In this document: positions 1 through 9,741 of the stretch, one piece after another
Position numbering within the stretch: the first letter of the stretch is position 1
Layout of the letters: each line of letters begins with the position of its first letter
Source of the DNA: Vulcanimicrobiota bacterium
GTDB taxonomy: Bacteria > Vulcanimicrobiota > Xenobia > Xenobiales > JADMJV01
NCBI GenBank assembly: GCA_050250895.1
Contig: JBFWNU010000001.1
Coordinates: forward strand, 3,140,891-3,204,890
Reading direction: 5' to 3'
Length of the DNA: 64,000 nucleotides
The notes under the pieces: generated by a model
What the model saw: the letters and a program-made list of their open reading frames with translations, nothing else
The model's database searches: none
Told to the model about the DNA's origin: nothing
Made by a program: the position numbers and the translations under genes

Positions 1-115
1 GAACGCCTGCCGCCGCAGCCAGGCCCGCCGCGCCGACTCGCCAAGCCAGGCCGACCCGCGCCCGACCACCCCACGCCCCGCGCGACCCTCTCCGCCGGAT
101 CTCCGTGTTCATCCC

Positions 116-571
116 TCGAGCGCCCACTGGCGAGCGACGCCAACTGCACTTCGACAGTGCACCCCGACGGGTATCTCGCCGGTTCCAGCCCCGTCGCGCA
201 TCGATGAGCGATACGCCCCTCCACCCAAATCCTCAAGCCGTGCCAATCAAAGAGGCCGCCGCCCAGCAACCCATACCTCTGCGTCTCGGCGGACTCGGCG
301 GTTTTCACCACGAGAGGGCACCTCGCAGCGGCGCTCACGACGCCCCGCGGTTCTCACGATCGAGCGCCCACTGGCGAGCGACGCCAACTGCACTTCGACA
401 GTGCACCCCGACGGGTATCTCGCCGGTTCCAGCCCCGTCGCGCATCGATGAGCGATACGCCCCTCCGCCCAAATCCTCAAGCCGTGCCAATCAAAGAGGC
501 CGCCGCGCACCGCGCACCCCTACAACCTCTGCGTCTCGGTGACCTCGGCGGTTTCAACCACGAGCGGGCAC
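116..571. repeat. Intergenic tandem duplication (about 244-250 bp offset)
   Basis: 116-262 matches 360-506 almost exactly. A second block, 276-321, resembles 526-571. Confidence 0.9.
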
Positions 572-582
572 GTCTCCCTACG

Positions 583-1302
583 CTAGGCGAATAGTCGTCC
601 GACGTACATGTCCATCTGGCGATGCCACCAGGGCCAGTCATGGGCTACTTCGGGGCCCCACAGGTCAAAGTTGTGCTCGATGCCGCTGGCGGCCAGGCGG
701 TTCGAGAACTCGCGGGTCCAGTGGATGCGTTCCCACGGACCCTGACCGCAGAGGACGTGAATCTGGCACCCGGCCAGGCGGGCGGGATCGTAGTGGCGCA
801 GGTAGTCGACCGGATTGTGGGCGTAGCAGGTGTCGTCGTAGTAACCGTCCAGGCAGGAAGTGATGTCGTAGACGCCGCTCATGCAGATCCCGATCTTGAA
901 CAAGTCGGGATGGCGCAGCAGGCTGTTGGCGGCGTGATAGGCGCCGAAGCTGGCCCCGGCTACGGCGATGGGCAATTGCCCCTGGCAGTCGTGATAGATG
1001 GCTGGAACAACTTCGTCGGCCAGGTAGCGATCATAGAGCGCCTGGCGGCGAATGCGTTCGGCCGGGGGGACCGAGAAGTTCGAAAGGCTCTCGGAGTTGA
1101 TGCTGTTGACGCTAAAAAGCTTGACCCGTCCGGCCTCTACATGGTGGGCCAGGGCCCCCACCATGCCCATGCGCTCGTGCTCTTCGAAGTCTGAGCTGGC
1201 CGTGGGGATGAGTAGGAGAGGGGTGCCGAAATGGCCGTAGATGGACATCGGCATCGGTCGTCCGAGGACCTGGCTGTGTTGGGCAAACTTATGAATACGC
1301 AC
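583..1302 (-). CDS. Putative esterase (alpha/beta hydrolase)
   Basis: HSQVLGRPM...YGHFG N-terminus, GASFG nucleophile elbow, C-terminal HDWPWW. Confidence 0.85.
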   Translation of the reverse strand: MRIHKFAQHSQVLGRPMPMSIYGHFGTPLLLIPTASSDFEEHERMGMVGALAHHVEAGRVKLFSVNSINSESLSNFSVPPAERIRRQALYDRYLADEVVPAIYHDCQGQLPIAVAGASFGAYHAANSLLRHPDLFKIGICMSGVYDITSCLDGYYDDTCYAHNPVDYLRHYDPARLAGCQIHVLCGQGPWERIHWTREFSNRLAASGIEHNFDLWGPEVAHDWPWWHRQMDMYVGRLFA

Positions 1303-1335
1303 CGGGCGCGATTCTCGTCGGGGCGGAGCGTTCCT

Positions 1336-2193
1336 CTAATTGGCTACCAGTTCCCAGCCCTCTGACGAGGTGCCTCCGGCCGACTCGACCCGGTTGCGGC
1401 CACCCTGCTTGGCGCGGTAGAGGGCCTTATCGGCAGCCTGAATCAGGTTGACGAAATTGTCTGACCCGACCACGTCCGTTCCCGCTACGCCCAGGCTCAT
1501 GGTCACCATCAGGCTGCCCCAGATGGTATCGATGGGTCGTGAGCAAAGCTCGCTGCGGATGCGCTCGGCCACCTGGACAGCGAAGGAACTCGAGGCCCCT
1601 GGCAGCACCACCATCATTTCTTCACCGCCATATCGGCCAGGCGAGTCGATGGCCCTGATCGAGATGGCCAGCCGGCGGGCCACCTCTTGCAGCACCGCGT
1701 CACCGCAGGGGTGACCGTGATTGTCGTTGATCCTCTTGAAGTGATCGACATCGCACAGGATGACCGACAGCGAAGTGCGTTGGCGGCGGCTGCGTTCGAG
1801 CTCTTCTTCGAGGATCTCGAAAATGGCGCCCCGGTTGCGGAGCCCGGTCAAGGGGTCGGTGGTGGCTCGCTCGTAGAGTTCGCGGTTGGCTTCTTCGAGT
1901 TGCTCTTTCTGGGCCCTGGACATCAGCAGTCCGCCCGCAAAGGCCAGGGCTTGGCCGGCGGCGGTCAGCAGCAAGCCCATCGGGCCGAGGGTGACGGCGC
2001 CAGCGACGCAGCCGGCCACCATTCCGCCAACGGCCAACAATTTGCCCACCGAGGGCCCGAGAGCGCGCCCACCCGAGAGCTTGACTCCGTCGCTGGGCAG
2101 GGCCGGACCCCCAGGTTGCTCGGTCTTTGGCGTGGCGCGGAAGCGTAGCCCGCTAAGAAAGCTCTTGCCGGGCTCGGGACCTTGAACCTTCAT
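1336..2193 (-). CDS. Diguanylate cyclase (GGDEF) with N-terminal Gly-rich membrane hairpin
   Basis: TDPLTGLRNR, DVDHFKRINDNHGH, RYGGEEM, ADKALYRAKQGGRNRV. Confidence 0.95.
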   Translation of the reverse strand: MKVQGPEPGKSFLSGLRFRATPKTEQPGGPALPSDGVKLSGGRALGPSVGKLLAVGGMVAGCVAGAVTLGPMGLLLTAAGQALAFAGGLLMSRAQKEQLEEANRELYERATTDPLTGLRNRGAIFEILEEELERSRRQRTSLSVILCDVDHFKRINDNHGHPCGDAVLQEVARRLAISIRAIDSPGRYGGEEMMVVLPGASSSFAVQVAERIRSELCSRPIDTIWGSLMVTMSLGVAGTDVVGSDNFVNLIQAADKALYRAKQGGRNRVESAGGTSSEGWELVAN

Positions 2194-2279
2194 GCCAACG
2201 GGTATTCGACGGCGAGGCCAGATTTCCTCGGGGTTTGACCTCGAGAGGAGTGGCAGCTTGTGAACGGAATTGTGGCGGC

Positions 2280-2690
2280 ATGCGAAAGATTTGTATCTTC
2301 TGGCTGGTACTTTGCCTGGCCGGCAATGCCTGGGCCGACCTGACCATCCGCAAAGGCGGCAGTCTGTGGGCCACGGTCGAGTCCGGCGGCACGATCCGTA
2401 TCGGCGGCACCATGGTCGGTGAGTTCGAGTCTAATGGCGCGGTGCGCAAGGCCGGCTCGCTGGTGGGCGAGGTCGAGTCTGGCGGCAATGTCCGCAAATC
2501 GGGCAGTCTCTATGGTCAGCTCGAGAAAAGCGGCTATCTGCGCGTGGGGGGCAGCCTGGTGGGTCAGATCGAAAGCGGCGGGACCATCCGCAAGAACGGC
2601 TCCATGTGGGGGTCGGCCGAGGGGCTGTCAAGCTTTGAGGACATGCGCAAGGTCACCGCGGTTTTGATGTTCTTTAGTGACGAATTTTAA
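2280..2690 (+). CDS. Secreted 16-aa repeat protein (5-fold beta-flower-like)
   Basis: Signal peptide MRKICIFWLVLCLAGNAWA, then five LVGxxESGGxIRKxGS-type repeats. Start moved to ATG 2280. Confidence 0.75.
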   Translation: MRKICIFWLVLCLAGNAWADLTIRKGGSLWATVESGGTIRIGGTMVGEFESNGAVRKAGSLVGEVESGGNVRKSGSLYGQLEKSGYLRVGGSLVGQIESGGTIRKNGSMWGSAEGLSSFEDMRKVTAVLMFFSDEF

Positions 2691-2764
2691 CCTGGTTCAC
2701 CCTTTCTTAAGGTTTTGAGGCCCCATCCCCAGCGGATTTCGTCTAAAATGGCGACGGAGGGGTC

Positions 2765-3052
2765 ATGTCAAAAACCGATCGAAGAAACTATCCCCGGGTG
2801 CTCACCGACACTACCGTGTGCGTCTGGGTCAATGGAAGTCACACCGTTGGCCAGGTTCATGACCTGAGTTCAGGCGGCGCCCGGCTGTCGCTGAGGGGGC
2901 CGCTCCGGGTCGGCCAGACGGTCCGCATGCTGTTCGAGACCGGGGTGAACCGATTCGAAAGCGTCGATGCCGTAGCCGTGCGTCGCTTTGACGACGGGGC
3001 TGGGGTCCGCTTCAAGAGCCCGACGAGTCGGGCCCGTTTATTGGGTCCTTAA
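2765..3052 (+). CDS. PilZ domain protein
   Basis: RRNYPR (RxxxR) and DLSSGG (DxSxxG) motifs. Confidence 0.9.
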   Translation: MSKTDRRNYPRVLTDTTVCVWVNGSHTVGQVHDLSSGGARLSLRGPLRVGQTVRMLFETGVNRFESVDAVAVRRFDDGAGVRFKSPTSRARLLGP

Positions 3053-4824
3053 GGAGTCAGGGTCACCAGGTTACCGATCAGACGGGCCAGCACGATCAGA
3101 TTGGTGTTCATACCCGAGTTCCACACCACCACGGCATCACCGTTGCTGGTGCAGGCCACTCTCGAGGCCGAGTTAAATCCGTTTCTGGCGGCCAGACCCG
3201 GGGCGGCTTGACCGGTCGAGATGTCCAACGCGGCTCCCACCGCAACCGGCGGGGCCGAAGCGACCGAGCGGAATCGCTGCAGCATGATCTCGGAGTTGCC
3301 GCCGGTGAACTGGGTCCAGGTGACCAGGAAAGTGCCGTCACTATTGACCACGGCCACGTCGGGCAAAATGGCGCTGTTCATGTTGACGGGGGGCACGATC
3401 TCGAGTTCGGGACCGATGGCCATCTTGTCAGGCATAAAACAGCGAGCGTAGAGACCGGTGCCCATGATGGTGCTGTCGAACACCGAGTAGACGAAGACGA
3501 TCTCACCGCTCTCGAACCAGTCCACCGCCAACCCGCCGACGGAAGCTTTCATGGCGCTGGGCTGGCCGCTGTTGACTACGAACGGCGTGTCGGCTGAATT
3601 GAAGTCTTCGAAGACGGCGTCGACGGATGCCCCACCTGAGGAGAAGACGATGACCGCTGGCGTCGGAGTGTTCTTGCGGTTGGCCACCTCGGGATTGACA
3701 TTGGACATCACCGGGGCGAAGGTTTGTAATAATTCGTTGACCGGCGGGGTGCCGACGGCCGGGACCGAGGCCGAATTGGCCGAGGAGATCTCGTATTGCA
3801 CCGCCTTCACGTGCATAGTTGGATCGAGAAAGGCGTAGTGAATGGGGGCCACGCTCGGACCCGCGTTGGCCATCGAGACCGAAGCAGGGTTCGAGTTGCC
3901 GGCCGCGATGGTGATGACCGAGGCCGGGTCCGGCTCGAAGAAATTCATGTTCAGGCTATTGTTGACGGCGTTCAGGGGGCCGAGCACCACTGAGCGAATG
4001 ACCGGTCCGGCCGAAACCATCGGGCTCGGGTTCGAATCGGACCAGACCACGGTGAAGGCGCCGTCGTCATTCATCGACAGGCGGGGATTCTTGGCGTTCG
4101 TGATGGCCATGCCCTGAGTGTTGTACTGGCTGATGTCGAAGTCATTACCGGCCGACGGGTCGATGTCGGTCTGGGAGGTGGGTATGCCGGTGGAGAAGTT
4201 GGCCTGGAACCGCTCACCGTGGATGTAGCCCGAGATGGAGAAGTTGGCATCGTCGGTCACGCTGGCCGCCACTACGAAGAAACCGTCATCGCGAATATCG
4301 ACATCGGGCTGACCTTGAATGATATCGGCGTTGGCTACCGGACGGAAGGCCGGTCCGGCTAGCGAGAATTCTCCCCCGGTGCCGCCGTTGCCCTGAAATG
4401 CGATCTGGGTCACCTGGCCCGGGTTGACCGGGGCCAACTGCTGACCACTCAAGAAGAGCGCGCCGGTGCTATCGAAGACCTGCAGCATGAAGAGATGGGT
4501 GCCGGGGATGACCTGGCTCACCGTGAAGGATTGCTGGGTCTGGGTGCGGTCGAAGTTGAACGCGGTGGCAGGGTGAACCGGTTCTTGCGTCTCGGGGTCG
4601 AGGATGTTGATGATCAACTGGTCGACACCGCCGCTGGCCAGCAGTTCGTCGGTGCGAGGAATAGCCGATGGGTTCAGGCGGAAAGTGACCGAGCCAGTCC
4701 CGACTCCGCTGCCCGGTCCGGCCGAAGGGGTCCCCTCGGTGGCGGAGCCACCACCTCCGCAGGCCGTAAAAAGTAGCGCGGCAAGAAGCATCGCAACCCA
4801 CCAGAGTTTGGGCGCTTTAGACAT
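3049..4824 (-). CDS. Lipoprotein with N-terminal Ig-like domain and probable beta-propeller
   Basis: Lipobox FTAC, Gly linker, and repeated PDVA..DGxFxVxW blade-like motifs. Confidence 0.75.
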   Translation of the reverse strand: MSKAPKLWWVAMLLAALLFTACGGGGSATEGTPSAGPGSGVGTGSVTFRLNPSAIPRTDELLASGGVDQLIINILDPETQEPVHPATAFNFDRTQTQQSFTVSQVIPGTHLFMLQVFDSTGALFLSGQQLAPVNPGQVTQIAFQGNGGTGGEFSLAGPAFRPVANADIIQGQPDVDIRDDGFFVVAASVTDDANFSISGYIHGERFQANFSTGIPTSQTDIDPSAGNDFDISQYNTQGMAITNAKNPRLSMNDDGAFTVVWSDSNPSPMVSAGPVIRSVVLGPLNAVNNSLNMNFFEPDPASVITIAAGNSNPASVSMANAGPSVAPIHYAFLDPTMHVKAVQYEISSANSASVPAVGTPPVNELLQTFAPVMSNVNPEVANRKNTPTPAVIVFSSGGASVDAVFEDFNSADTPFVVNSGQPSAMKASVGGLAVDWFESGEIVFVYSVFDSTIMGTGLYARCFMPDKMAIGPELEIVPPVNMNSAILPDVAVVNSDGTFLVTWTQFTGGNSEIMLQRFRSVASAPPVAVGAALDISTGQAAPGLAARNGFNSASRVACTSNGDAVVVWNSGMNTNLIVLARLIGNLVTLTP

Positions 4825-4863
4825 GATCAGTCCCCCCAGGTCAAAAAAGTTGCCGTATCTTTC

Positions 4864-6024
4864 TTAAGAGTTCTCGGCTCTCCTCCTCAAGGCAGAACCA
4901 TGAAAGCCGGCTAGAGAAGTGGCCAGCACCGAAGCGGCCACCGCGAAGCAGGCGGGATAGCTCAGCACCTGAGCTACCAGCCCCGAGGCCAGGGCGCCGA
5001 GCAGAAAGCCGCCGTCGAAGGCAGCCGTGAACAGGGCCATTCCGGTGCTGCGGTCGCCCGGGTCGGTGCGCCTCAGGGTGAGAAGGGACAGGGCCGGATA
5101 AGCCACGCCGTGGGCTAGACCATAGAGAAGTGCGGCGCCGCTGAGCAGGACGACCGCGTTGGAGGGGGCGAGTTTGCATAGGAGCAATAGCGAGAGCACC
5201 TGGCAAGCCAGGGCGGTGGGGATCAGCCGCTCTGGACCCAGGCGGTCGAGCCAGCTGCCGGTCCCCAGGCGGACCAGAATCGAGGCCACCGAAAAGGCCA
5301 GAAAGAACGGCGCCACGCTGGACAGGCCGCGGGTTACCCCGTAGGGGGCCAGAAAGCACCATACCAGACCCATGGCCCAACCCAGGGGAACGGATACGCC
5401 CAGCATCGGAGCCAGGGACCGCCGACCCATCAACTCGAAGATACTGGCCGGCGAGGGTGCTCCCTGGGGGTGGAAGTCGGGCAGCCCCAGCAGGCCGACG
5501 AAAGCCGCCAGGGAGAGGACCCCCGCGGCCAGAAAGAGGACTGGAAAGCCGGCTCGGGCCACCAGTGCCTCGCCCAGAGCCGGTCCCAGGGCCCCGGCCA
5601 ACAGTCCCGATACGCCGAACATCCCTTGTAGTTCGCCCACACGCTCGGGTGGGGCCAGATCGGCCACCCAGGTCCAGATCGAGGTGAGATAGATGGCGAT
5701 CCCGGCCCCGTGCACCATGCGAATGGCAGCCACCAGCAGGGGCTGGGTAAAACCGCTGGCCAGGGCCAGGCTGGCCAGGGCCGTCAGCAGGCAACCGAAC
5801 AGAAAGAAGAAGCGTCTACCTCTCAGGTGGCACCAGTTACCCAGTTCGATGCGAATCAGGATGCCGGCCAGCGAAAAAGCTCCTGCAATGACGCCGAGTT
5901 CCCAGCGCGGATAGCCGGCTCGTTCCAGATGCAGCGGCACCAGCACCAGCAGGGCCGTGTTGCCTGCCAGACAAAAGAGATTGCAAAGATTGGCCGCCCA
6001 GAAGGCGCCGGTGTAAGCGCTCAA
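4864..6024 (-). CDS. MFS transporter
   Basis: About 12 hydrophobic segments and a GSWLDRLGPE motif A-like sequence. Confidence 0.9.
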   Translation of the reverse strand: MSAYTGAFWAANLCNLFCLAGNTALLVLVPLHLERAGYPRWELGVIAGAFSLAGILIRIELGNWCHLRGRRFFFLFGCLLTALASLALASGFTQPLLVAAIRMVHGAGIAIYLTSIWTWVADLAPPERVGELQGMFGVSGLLAGALGPALGEALVARAGFPVLFLAAGVLSLAAFVGLLGLPDFHPQGAPSPASIFELMGRRSLAPMLGVSVPLGWAMGLVWCFLAPYGVTRGLSSVAPFFLAFSVASILVRLGTGSWLDRLGPERLIPTALACQVLSLLLLCKLAPSNAVVLLSGAALLYGLAHGVAYPALSLLTLRRTDPGDRSTGMALFTAAFDGGFLLGALASGLVAQVLSYPACFAVAASVLATSLAGFHGSALRRRAENS

Positions 6025-6100
6025 TCTCCAGGGAATTTAGCTGGTCCAACAGACCATCCTGCTATGGGGGAGTCAATCGACGATTAGCGAATCGCCCGGC

Positions 6101-7399
6101 ATGCGCATCTTGATCGTGACCTTGTTGTTGAGTTCCATGGTCTGGGCCCAGTCGGCCGCCACGGCCCTGGACCAAGGCCAATACGAGGAAGCCTGGCGCC
6201 TGTATCAGGCAGAATTGGCGGCTTCTCCCGACAAGCTCGACGCCCTGGCGGGCGGCTCCGAGGCCTTGCTGAATCTGGGGCGGGCCGAGGAGGCGCTCGC
6301 GTTGGCCAACCGCGCCTGTCGATTGACCCCCAACGATCCCGCCTGCCTGGCGCAACGGGCCGAGATCCTGGGGGTGCTGGAGCGACCCCAAGAAGCTCTG
6401 CAGGACCTCGATCGGGCCATCGCCCTGGCCCCCGATGCGCCGTACCTCTATCTGGCACGAGGTTATGCCTACGCCGACCTGGGCGAATTTCCCGAGTCGG
6501 TAGCCGATCAGACCCGCGTCATTACGCTCGAACCGACCAACGCCCTGGCCTACGCCGGCCGGGCCTACGCTCGGGCTCAGTTGGGCGAGATCGACGAGGC
6601 TTTTCAAGACGTGGCCACCTCGCTCAAACTTGCCCCCGAACTGGTGCCGGCCATTCACACCCGGGCCGACCTGTTCTTTCGCCGGGCTCGCTATGTCGAG
6701 GCGCTCAACGACTATGACCGGGCCATTGCGCTCGACGGCACCGAGCCGTTCTTGTTTGCCGGTCGGGCCGGAGTGAAGGCCTCGCTCAATCAGCTCGAAG
6801 CGGCTCTCGAAGACTACAACCGGGCCATCGAATTAGCTCCCAATCGGCCTGCTCTCTATAGCGAGCGGGGTAACCTCCTGGCCGTGATGGGTCGGATGGA
6901 GGATGCTCTCAAGGACCATAACACGGCCGTCGGGCTTAGCCCCAATTCGCCCGACCCCTTGGTGGCCCGGGGACAGTTCTTTCTCGACTGGGAAAGGGCT
7001 GAGCGCGCCCTGCAAGACTTCAACGAAGCGATCCGCGTGGACCCGACCATGGGCGAGGGTTATCTGGGTCGCGGCGAGACCTATCTAGCCATCGGCCAAC
7101 CCGACCAGGCCCTCGGCGATCTCAATAAGGCCGTCGAGCTGTCGCCGGCTCTTTTGTATGCCTATACGGCGCGGGCCCGAGCCTTCGAGGCCAAGGGTGA
7201 CAAGGAGAGGGCTTTCCAGGAATACAGCGACCTGCTCAAAACCACGCCGACCTTCTCGCCGGCCCTGCTCGGACTGGGTTATCTGCAGCTCGAGAAGGGT
7301 GACTCCAGGGCGGCCCGCAAGAGTTTTGAAGCGGCTCTCGAGCACGCCTCGACCCCGGATCTGATGTCGGAAGCTCGGGCCGCTATCAGCGACCTCTAA
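6101..7399 (+). CDS. Secreted tetratricopeptide repeat protein
   Basis: Signal peptide and about 11 A..DY.RAI.L.P repeats of 34 aa. Confidence 0.92.
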   Translation: MRILIVTLLLSSMVWAQSAATALDQGQYEEAWRLYQAELAASPDKLDALAGGSEALLNLGRAEEALALANRACRLTPNDPACLAQRAEILGVLERPQEALQDLDRAIALAPDAPYLYLARGYAYADLGEFPESVADQTRVITLEPTNALAYAGRAYARAQLGEIDEAFQDVATSLKLAPELVPAIHTRADLFFRRARYVEALNDYDRAIALDGTEPFLFAGRAGVKASLNQLEAALEDYNRAIELAPNRPALYSERGNLLAVMGRMEDALKDHNTAVGLSPNSPDPLVARGQFFLDWERAERALQDFNEAIRVDPTMGEGYLGRGETYLAIGQPDQALGDLNKAVELSPALLYAYTARARAFEAKGDKERAFQEYSDLLKTTPTFSPALLGLGYLQLEKGDSRAARKSFEAALEHASTPDLMSEARAAISDL

Positions 7400-8471
7400 C
7401 TCGCCGCCCAGCCACCCCGACCGTGGCTGCCAGGGCCACCACGTCCGGCCCATAGGCGGCCACCACGGCGGGGAGTCGACCGGCTTCGCAGAGCACTCCG
7501 GCTGCCGACGAGACCAGCCAGTAAACAAAGAAGATAACCATCGAGGAGGCCAGCGCAAAGGCCGGACCGGAACGCCCCGGCATCTGGCCGAGCTGCAGGG
7601 CCAGGGCTCCCAACACCAGGCAGGCTAAAGGCATGGCCAGCCGCTGATGATAGACAAGCAACAACCGCGCCGCGCTCTGGCGATCAGGGTGGGTCCGCAG
7701 GCGCTCTTTGATGTCGGCTCGCGAAAGCAGACGGGGTGGGCGCCGCTGCTTTAGCAGCTCCCGGGGGGCGCTCATCGGTTCGAGCGGACTGGCGCTATAG
7801 AGGTGTTCGGCGGTCAACTCGGTGGCCAGGTTCTCGTGGCCGTCGAAGGTGGTGCGCCTCACTCCTTCGAGTTTCCAGCCCCCCTCCTGCCAGACCGCCT
7901 TCTCGGCGTAGAGCTGCTGCTGGCGACGACCCTCGTAGAAGTAATTGACGAAGACGCCGCTGGCAGTCCCTTCCTCGGGTGAGAAGGTGCGAGCGCAGAC
8001 GAGTCTTTCGCGGCCGTCGGGCAAGACTTCCAGGCCGCTGACCAGGGCCCGGGAGAGGCCTTGTTTACTGTGGGACTCGAGCAGAAGCTCGGCGGCCTGG
8101 CTGGCGGTCTGGGGAACGACCTGGTCCGAGAGCCCAAAATTGAGCAGAGCCGCCAGGGCGAAAAGAGCCAGCCCGGGCCAGGTCACCGCCCAGGGTGAAA
8201 GCCCTCCTGACTGGATGGCCAGCAACTCGTTGTCGTTGGCCAGTCGGCGGTAGGCAGTCAGGGTGCCAAGCACGATACCCATGGGCAAAGTGAGCACCAA
8301 CCAGCTCGGCGCCATCAGGAGAAGATAGCGGCCGGTGGTGGAAGCCCCGCGGGCCTCCAGCAGAATCCGGCCGGGACCGGCCACTAGATCCACCGACATC
8401 AGCAAGGCCAGAAATAGCGCGATGCCGGCCAGGATCGGTCCGATCAATTCGCCCAGCAGATAGCGAGTCAC
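7386..8471 (-). CDS. LptF/LptG family permease
   Basis: RYLLGE..GP, LPMGIVLGTL..YRRLANDNELLAIQSGGLS, AEKAVW..GGWKL jellyroll, YHQRLAMPLACLV. Confidence 0.9.
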   Translation of the reverse strand: MTRYLLGELIGPILAGIALFLALLMSVDLVAGPGRILLEARGASTTGRYLLLMAPSWLVLTLPMGIVLGTLTAYRRLANDNELLAIQSGGLSPWAVTWPGLALFALAALLNFGLSDQVVPQTASQAAELLLESHSKQGLSRALVSGLEVLPDGRERLVCARTFSPEEGTASGVFVNYFYEGRRQQQLYAEKAVWQEGGWKLEGVRRTTFDGHENLATELTAEHLYSASPLEPMSAPRELLKQRRPPRLLSRADIKERLRTHPDRQSAARLLLVYHQRLAMPLACLVLGALALQLGQMPGRSGPAFALASSMVIFFVYWLVSSAAGVLCEAGRLPAVVAAYGPDVVALAATVGVAGRRVRGR

Positions 8472-9187
8472 GAGTTGAAGGTGGCTCCCAGGTAGTGCTC
8501 TCGAACCTTCGGGTCACGTCGGATCTCGTCGGCCGTTCCGGCCAGCAGAATTCGGCCGTCGACGATGACGTAGCCTCGGGTAGCCACCTCCAGAGCCGCT
8601 CGCACGTTGTGGTCGGTGATCAGCACGCCCAGGCCCGCCACGGCCAGGCGACCAACCAGCTCGCGAAGGTCGTCGATGGTCACCGGGTCAAGACCCGCAA
8701 AAGGCTCGTCCAGCAACAGGTAGGTCGGGTTCAGCATCAGGGCTCGAGCCAGTTCCAGCCTTCGCCGTTCGCCACCCGAGAGGGTCGCGGCCGATTGGTT
8801 CCGCAGGGCAGCCAGCGAGAACTGGGCGAGCAGGTCCTCGGCTTTGGCCTCAAGAGCAGCCACCGCCTGACCCCGCGCCCGGGGCAAGATGGCCAGATTC
8901 TGCCACACGGAAGCCCGGCGAAAGACCGAACTCTCCTGAGGAAGATAGGCCAGGCCGAGGCGCGAGCGCTGATACGCTGGCATCGCGGTCACATCGGCCG
9001 TGGCCAGCTTGACGGCGCCCTGTTCGGCCCGAAGGTGGCCCGCCAGGATCGAGAAGACGGTGGTTTTTCCAGCTCCGTTGGGTCCGAGCAAAGCTACCAC
9101 CTCGCCGGCTTCGACCTCGAGCGAGATATCCTGGGCGACGATTCGCCCTCCGTAGGACTTGGTCAAGGCCTCGGCAATGAGTGTCAT
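8468..9187 (-). CDS. lptB: LptB-type ABC ATPase
   Basis: GPNGAGKTT, YLPQESSVFR, LSGGERRRLELARAL, LDEPFAG, ITDHNVR, YLG end. Confidence 0.92.
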   Translation of the reverse strand: MTLIAEALTKSYGGRIVAQDISLEVEAGEVVALLGPNGAGKTTVFSILAGHLRAEQGAVKLATADVTAMPAYQRSRLGLAYLPQESSVFRRASVWQNLAILPRARGQAVAALEAKAEDLLAQFSLAALRNQSAATLSGGERRRLELARALMLNPTYLLLDEPFAGLDPVTIDDLRELVGRLAVAGLGVLITDHNVRAALEVATRGYVIVDGRILLAGTADEIRRDPKVREHYLGATFNS

Positions 9188-9741
9188 AAGCTCGAGAAGT
9201 CAAAGTCCAGCGAGAACCGCAGGCCGCTGGCCTGGGCCCGGCCGCGGCGGTTTTGGACCAGGTAAGGGCCCGGAATCTCGAAGGCTGCGGCCTCGGGGTT
9301 CCAAAAAGCCTGGCTGGCTTGCAGTTCGAGATCGCGATGCTGAAGGCGAAAGCCCAGCAGTTCGGTGGCCCGCCCGGGCTTGGATTGGGCCTGGTCGGCC
9401 GCGATGGTGATCCAGTCCCCCCCGCGCCTCTGACGCAGTTTCAGGCCGCGGATCAAGACCGGCAGGCGGGCCTCGAGCAAGGTGTCCAGGGCCGCGAAAG
9501 GATCGGGTTCGTGACTCTCGATTTCGGCCTGATCGAGTTCATAGCGAAACAGGCCCCGCACCCCGAAAACTCCAAAGACAGGCTGCCGGCCCAGCGCCAA
9601 CTCAGCGACCACCAGCCGGTAGGACAATTGGCCGGCACGATAGCGTCCAAACTCGACCTGTCTGGCTCGAAGCTCGGCGCTCTCGGGCGCGGCCAATCCT
9701 GCTGAACTCAACAGCAGGCACACCAGCAGAAGGCTTCTCAC
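9184..9741 (-). CDS. Secreted protein, possibly LptC/LptA-like beta-jellyroll
   Basis: Signal peptide. WITIAADQA and LQASQAFWNPE...GLRFSLDF resemble LptC strands. Overlaps the lptB start. Confidence 0.5.
   Translation of the reverse strand: MRSLLLVCLLLSSAGLAAPESAELRARQVEFGRYRAGQLSYRLVVAELALGRQPVFGVFGVRGLFRYELDQAEIESHEPDPFAALDTLLEARLPVLIRGLKLRQRRGGDWITIAADQAQSKPGRATELLGFRLQHRDLELQASQAFWNPEAAAFEIPGPYLVQNRRGRAQASGLRFSLDFDFSSL

Noticed and set aside
105-542. 145-aa ORF in the first repeat
   Set aside because: It spans a 244-bp (non-triplet) duplication and has no protein-like features.
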